Notes under the pieces: model-generated | Databases searched by the model: none | Told to the model about the DNA's origin: nothing | Seen by the model: only the letters and a program-made list of their open reading frames with translations | Assembly (NCBI GenBank): GCA_965372795.1 | Contig: CBDVDR010000001.1 | Coordinates: 1-64,000 of the forward strand | Length of the DNA: 64,000 nt | Reading direction: 5' to 3' | Source: an uncultured bacterium | GTDB lineage: Bacteria; Zixibacteria; MSB-5A5; GN15; FEB-12 | Position numbers and translations under genes: made by a program | Part shown: one piece after another, positions 59,901 to 64,000 of the stretch | How positions within the stretch are numbered: the stretch's first letter is position 1 | How the letters are laid out: every line of letters starts with the position of its first letter

Positions 59901-62900
59901 ATTGTGTCATTGTCATAAGCAGCATTGATGGCTGATTGAATTGTAGGAAATTCTGATGGAACATAAATAACAGTTGTAGCTTTAGTTGGCATTAAGCATT
60001 CGAACCACCCACCCCATTCAGTACCATTATTCACTCGTAACCTGAGCATGTATACAGTTCTATCTTCAAGGGGAAATCCGGCATATAAAATACTTGAATC
60101 ACTTGAGACAACCACTCCGGTATTCCACATCTCGGCAACATTCCAGTCCCAATCAGTTCCTACTTGAAGTTCATATTGATACTGAGAGGTTTCCAATGTA
60201 TCGTAAAAGGACCATTGAATTGTTGGATTGAGATTAGTGGCAACTTCTAAATATATTGGGTCAAATGTAACTGCTAATGCAATTGGATATTCAATAGTAT
60301 TTCCGTTCACGGCTCCAATGTCACTTCGACTGCCATCAGGATCATCAAATATTGGATCAGGGTTTCCAGCATCAATACATGGTGAATTTGATAAAAGGAT
60401 AAAAGTATTCTTGGTTGTATCTAAGATTCTAGGATCGACAGCCATATTATCATCGCCATTAGAAAAAAACAGAGAATTTCCCCATATATTATTATATTCT
60501 ACAGTTGCATAATTATTTCCTGAAAATAAACCCTCTGAAATCCCTATGCCTTTATTGTAAATCACAAGGTTGTTGGTCGCCAATGTGGGACTAACTATTC
60601 TTAATCCGTTTCCAATATTTCCATATACTGTATTATTATAAACTAAACCTTCAACATTTACCGTATCAATTAAAGCATACAAACATTCATTTCTGGAAAT
60701 AATGTTGTGATGTATATCAATATATCCCTTGGTAGTTTTTATTGCTGAATTACTTCCACAATAGTTGTTTGTGACAAGGTTTGAATCAAATTCTAAAGTT
60801 CCTTTGATTAAATCTAAAACCTTGGCGTTACCGCTAAACTCAGATCCGGTTACACGAAGGTTTTCAGGTCCGTTAGCAAGAACACCATATAAAGAATTAT
60901 TTATAATTTTACAATTTCGTACTTCAATATCAGTCCCACTGGAAACTAATATTCCCGTCAAACCGTTTTGAATTGTAAATCCGGTTATTGATGATTTATT
61001 CGAACCACCATACGTTATTATTGTTGTTTGACTGCCGAGAGTCGGTTCAATTATTGTTACTGAAGGTCCATCTACTGCATAAAGTGCAACTCCATTTGAA
61101 GGCAATGTAAGTGATCCCTGATACAAACCGGGGCTCACAAATATTGTATCACCCGGGTTTAAAATATCAATTGCCGGTTGAATTGAACTAAAATCTTCAG
61201 GAATATAAATATGTTGACCATCATAAACAACACCTTGAATAGTTTGCCATTCACTCCATGTCGCTCCATCGAATACCCGCAATCTAAAATAGTAATTATT
61301 AAATGATTCAAGCGGCATTCCGGAGTAAGTAACATAATCAGATGAAGACACGATCACACCAGACTCCCACATCTCTGCTACATCCCAATTATCATCACTC
61401 CCGACCATGATTTCAAATTGTGTCTGAGGAGAACCTTCCCAACCTATAAATGTCCAGTTCATTTCAGGACTTAAAGTATTCCTGTTGGTCAAATTTAAAT
61501 CTGTAGCAATAGGCATACTTAACGGACTATATGGGATAGCTCCTATATCGTTTCTACTGCCATCAGGATCATTATAAATCGCTTCTGGACTTCCTGCATC
61601 TATTGCAATAGAAGTTGGCAGAAGTCTCAAATCATTGCTTGATTTACTAACAAAATCAGCATCACCAAAAATTTGAGTTGCGGTGTTAATCTGGAGAGTA
61701 TCATCCCAATCTTGAGCGTTACCCCAAAACAGATTGTACTCAAATTCATCAAATGTAAATATACCGTATTGACCAAACCCATCAGAGAGCTCAATTGCTT
61801 TAACATTATCACCAAGAAATATATTATTCAATATGGCTAATGAAAAAATTCTATACATATATGGCACACAATAGTTAGCAATTAATATACTTCTATTATT
61901 ATTAACAAATGTATTATTAATAATGCGTCCATCATACCAACCACCATCACAAATGTGAAGACATGCTTCCCCGCCATTATTTATAAACAGATTATTATTA
62001 ATTTTCCAATTGTCATTTTGATTTTGATCAAAAACTTTTATTACTACCGTACCATATTGAGTCAATTCTGCCGGTGAATTCAAATTATTATCAATAAAAA
62101 TATTGTCAGTAATATTGACACGGTGAGTACTTGCATCAATTACCATATTTCCATTAACCATTGTAAATGTAAAACCTTTTATCAGTGGTGCATCATAAAT
62201 CCCACTGCCAACTTTAATAATTGGCTGATCAGACTGCAATGGTCGAATTGTTGTAAATTTAGCACCCATCTCACTTAAAAGGACTACCGATTTATAAGTT
62301 AAATCGATATTTTCATAATAATCTCCCGGTGCCACAAGAATAGTATCACCAGGCAGAGATGCTTCAACGGCTTCCTGAATTGTACTATAACCTGATGGTA
62401 CTCGTAACGCATTCGCACTACCTCGAATAGCAAGAATCGATGCCATTGGATTTATCAAACCAGCACCTAATTCTCCTTCAAACCCTTCATTCAGATGATC
62501 GATATTTGTTGCTGTTTCTAAAATTGCATTCACAACCTGCTGACGAGTGGCTTCTGGTTCAAGTTGCCACAACAAGGCTGCCTGGGCGGCAACAAATGGT
62601 GCCGCAAAACTGGTACCTCCCCATTTGACATAACTGCTGTCAAGATAAGGACCACTTATAGAAGTTCCCGGGGCACAAAGATCTATATGATTTCCAAAAC
62701 TTGAAAAATCAGCCAAAAGATTCAAAGTATCAATTGCGGCAACAGTTAGTACATTAGGATCACTTGCCGGATAATGAGCTGATTCATTCGGCCCGTTTCC
62801 TGCAGCTGCGACAACTAATACATTATTTGTCGTAGCATAAGCGATTGCATCTTGCACTGCCTGATGTACATCAATTGTTACCAAACTAAGATTAATTACT

Positions 62901-63595
62901 CGGCACTTGTTTTCAACTGCTTGTAGGATTGCTTCTGCTAAAACATAGCCATCACTAAGTCCTTCAATATCTGTAACCCGATAAGCCTCAGAAATTGAAT
63001 TGGGAGCAACCAAATGTGATATACCCGCAACAAAAGTGCCATGCCCGCTGTTAACTCCCCCCGGCTCATCAAATGAATCTTCATCCATATCTATATAATC
63101 ATAACCGGATTGCACAAATCCATTCAAGGCAGGATGAATATAATTTACACCGCCGTCTAATATTGCAATTTTTATACCGGAGCCATTAGCAACATTGTGA
63201 GTAGTGTTCAAATCCAATTGATTGGTGATAGTTTGATTGGAATTGCCATCACCGCCAACATCATCAGAAACTGGGAGGCTACTCTGAACAGCTTGTAGTG
63301 GATCAATCATGAAATTTGGATGACAAAATGATACTGAATTTTGATCACTTATTATAGCAGCTACGCTATCAAGATTAGTCTCATTGATATTTAATAAATA
63401 AATATCAATTTTAGGAAGATACCGATTTATTGAGGCATCAAATTGCTGAATAACTTCCGAAATATCATATCCTGGGGTCATTTTTACGACTAATTGCCCA
63501 ATTTCAAATCGCATAGTTCCTGAAGCTTGAGAAGTAACTGCAAATATAATAATTAGACAAATACTTCCTATTACACTTTGTAATTTCTTTTTCAT
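56963..63595 (-). CDS. Secreted S8 (subtilisin-family) protease with three beta-helix/FN3-like modules, scaffold-type module, dockerin-like domain and FlgD-Ig/T9SS-type tail
   Basis: 2210 aa; triad IAILDGG / HGTFVAG / GGTSFAAP and oxyanion AAAGN; three (V/I)P....IQ.A......DTI.V..G.Y...IDA...D.DG.R.D.GA modules; dockerin RGNFNGD...ISDLTDMVDYLF; tail NYPNPFNPIT...KKMMLLK. Confidence 0.9.
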   Translation of the reverse strand: MKKKLQSVIGSICLIIIFAVTSQASGTMRFEIGQLVVKMTPGYDISEVIQQFDASINRYLPKIDIYLLNINETNLDSVAAIISDQNSVSFCHPNFMIDPLQAVQSSLPVSDDVGGDGNSNQTITNQLDLNTTHNVANGSGIKIAILDGGVNYIHPALNGFVQSGYDYIDMDEDSFDEPGGVNSGHGTFVAGISHLVAPNSISEAYRVTDIEGLSDGYVLAEAILQAVENKCRVINLSLVTIDVHQAVQDAIAYATTNNVLVVAAAGNGPNESAHYPASDPNVLTVAAIDTLNLLADFSSFGNHIDLCAPGTSISGPYLDSSYVKWGGTSFAAPFVAAQAALLWQLEPEATRQQVVNAILETATNIDHLNEGFEGELGAGLINPMASILAIRGSANALRVPSGYSTIQEAVEASLPGDTILVAPGDYYENIDLTYKSVVLLSEMGAKFTTIRPLQSDQPIIKVGSGIYDAPLIKGFTFTMVNGNMVIDASTHRVNITDNIFIDNNLNSPAELTQYGTVVIKVFDQNQNDNWKINNNLFINNGGEACLHICDGGWYDGRIINNTFVNNNRSILIANYCVPYMYRIFSLAILNNIFLGDNVKAIELSDGFGQYGIFTFDEFEYNLFWGNAQDWDDTLQINTATQIFGDADFVSKSSNDLRLLPTSIAIDAGSPEAIYNDPDGSRNDIGAIPYSPLSMPIATDLNLTNRNTLSPEMNWTFIGWEGSPQTQFEIMVGSDDNWDVAEMWESGVIVSSSDYVTYSGMPLESFNNYYFRLRVFDGATWSEWQTIQGVVYDGQHIYIPEDFSSIQPAIDILNPGDTIFVSPGLYQGSLTLPSNGVALYAVDGPSVTIIEPTLGSQTTIITYGGSNKSSITGFTIQNGLTGILVSSGTDIEVRNCKIINNSLYGVLANGPENLRVTGSEFSGNAKVLDLIKGTLEFDSNLVTNNYCGSNSAIKTTKGYIDIHHNIISRNECLYALIDTVNVEGLVYNNTVYGNIGNGLRIVSPTLATNNLVIYNKGIGISEGLFSGNNYATVEYNNIWGNSLFFSNGDDNMAVDPRILDTTKNTFILLSNSPCIDAGNPDPIFDDPDGSRSDIGAVNGNTIEYPIALAVTFDPIYLEVATNLNPTIQWSFYDTLETSQYQYELQVGTDWDWNVAEMWNTGVVVSSDSSILYAGFPLEDRTVYMLRLRVNNGTEWGGWFECLMPTKATTVIYVPSEFPTIQSAINAAYDNDTIYVSEGVYAEHINFLGKHILLTSVDGAANTFIEPIMGDTSVLVMAGMEEDSTTVLQGFTLRNSLGDGIKIYFSSLSILNCVIQNSAGIGINVRGGNGSGHCPTVVRNCVIENNQGDVSGGGMYTRQGTYVIENNKFINNQAIEEGGGLSMRLSHGAFISYNLFIENSAHKGGGLRLNHCYGTTKVYNNTFYRNHSIPFEGNPPEGGAGISSSTFYNYDIRNNIIVENGPGYGIISNEIDSLSFQYNNVYLNYDSNYVRAVPGIGSISADPLFVDAANGNFELADGSPCIDAADTSSEFNDLDGTRGDMGAFNAASNNSLPLALNINVGNEIQFRIVSHTPLFYWSFQDSVGTQQAFELQLSHTILDWQDSLVWTSGIVNNPDTFVQYAGSVLMDSHDYIVRVRVSNSISWGGWRYFNIHMNGFLGAPSDAYFADEKGPYVGELGFDPVVDPEGDSMTYDIMLAYDANMDSVIFSVIDSKESRVDVRFEGETDATYWWQIRGSDGYEISEWNLYRYSTLRAGGQVELLLPETKNVPCGQEFSFILGINNDQPGTILYFEHGFEIYSPDNAQFDPVDIEWVTDSLDWASFLDMWFNEEVIHNEEIDSVRFQGSDVIPVDNILVNGIRVPAWRITTFVSCDNIGQQICVDKVDFMQGRNRGRNTWNWGLRKENGQSDAVYPNWGGPYCFTIEECCQGLRGNFNGDEVNCNISDLTDMVDYLFTSGDAPDCIEEANVNGDFNEEISIGDVTKTVDYLFVSQNPPAMCGEFSSNINKLNQANVTLYYDYHDDTTFVHLDSDQQLRGVQLNLTGNDLSKAELSSERGLQLLQGRTESTLRVGLADLGGSALLENGTYELFKVPGYHIIEWAKVSNMNHNSIDAIVEEGSPYIPESFELSQNYPNPFNPITKVKFALPVDAHANLEIINVLGQRVVTLIDGHLKAGYHSVQWDGTNTAGSKIASGVYFYRLTAGTYTSTKKMMLLK

Positions 63596-63605
63596 TATTT
63601 ACTCC

Positions 63606-64000
63606 TTAGCCTGCTCCAAACACCGAAAAAGGTGCCCAGTAATATGCAGAATGATATTTTTCTTTTAATTCTTTGGACGCTAGTCTGGCAGAATCCTTAG
63701 CAGATTTACCATCAAATATATATTTATAAAATATTGTCATCCAGGCAGCAGTCGATTTATCTGAGACAGCCCAATGACTGCCGACAACATTCTTAGCACC
63801 CATCTCAAGAAGACAACGAATGATTCCTGTCGACTCTTCTCCGGGAAGAATTGATTGATGTGCAGTACGACAAGCTGCCAAAGTCACTAAATTAACCTTG
63901 CAATTTTTCAATCTAAAATCAGCTCCAAATAACTGTTCACCTTTCAATGAAAGTGATGAATAGGATGGGTTATCACTTCGATACTGTGCATGACCAATAT
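63606..64000 (-). CDS. CHAT (caspase-like, HetF-type) domain protein, C-terminal part (5' end outside the window)
   Basis: The frame is open to the window edge: IGHAQY...LVTLAACRT (His/Cys dyad), GAKNVVGSHWAVSD, HSAYYWAPFSVFG. Confidence 0.88.
   Translation of the reverse strand, partial: IGHAQYRSDNPSYSSLSLKGEQLFGADFRLKNCKVNLVTLAACRTAHQSILPGEESTGIIRCLLEMGAKNVVGSHWAVSDKSTAAWMTIFYKYIFDGKSAKDSARLASKELKEKYHSAYYWAPFSVFGAG

Noticed and set aside
1634..62628. Numerous 60-170 aa ORFs nested within or antisense to long genes
   Set aside because: No recognisable motifs or RBS, and they overlap well-supported CDSs

Overview
AT-rich, gene-dense bacterial window. The dockerin-type tails (GD.NGDG...ISDLT..VDYLF) and the NYPNPFNP...KKM.L.K C-terminal sorting tails suggest an FCB-superphylum candidate lineage such as Zixibacteria (inference). 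The plus-strand block (0.1-17 kb) holds three units: a five-gene export operon (TolC, membrane-fusion protein, RND permease, a second RND permease fused to a complete ABC ATPase, and an ABC-2-like membrane protein), a Tat-exported DUF362 protein paired with a membrane polyferredoxin, and a PAS/GAF hybrid histidine kinase. The minus-strand block (17-64 kb) is mostly very large secreted modular proteins. These are a Cys-repeat/PKD protein, a scaffold-like protein with four copies of a ~165-aa cohesin-like module, a TSP3/dockerin protein, an FG-GAP/dockerin protein, three tandem mosaic dockerin-tailed paralogs, a CBM9/DUF5916-type outer-membrane protein, a 16-PKD/DUF11/OmpA giant with a putative beta-barrel partner, and an S8 protease with beta-helix modules, a dockerin and a sorting tail. 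The S8 gene lies directly downstream of a CHAT (caspase-like) gene cut by the window end. The two best candidates for undescribed systems are (1) the RND-ABC hybrid exporter, whose ATPase domain is interrupted by membrane helices, and (2) a cohesin/dockerin-like extracellular assembly with no recognisable cellulases. No rRNA, tRNA, CRISPR array, integrase or transposase was seen. All domain calls come from reading motifs, not from database searches.
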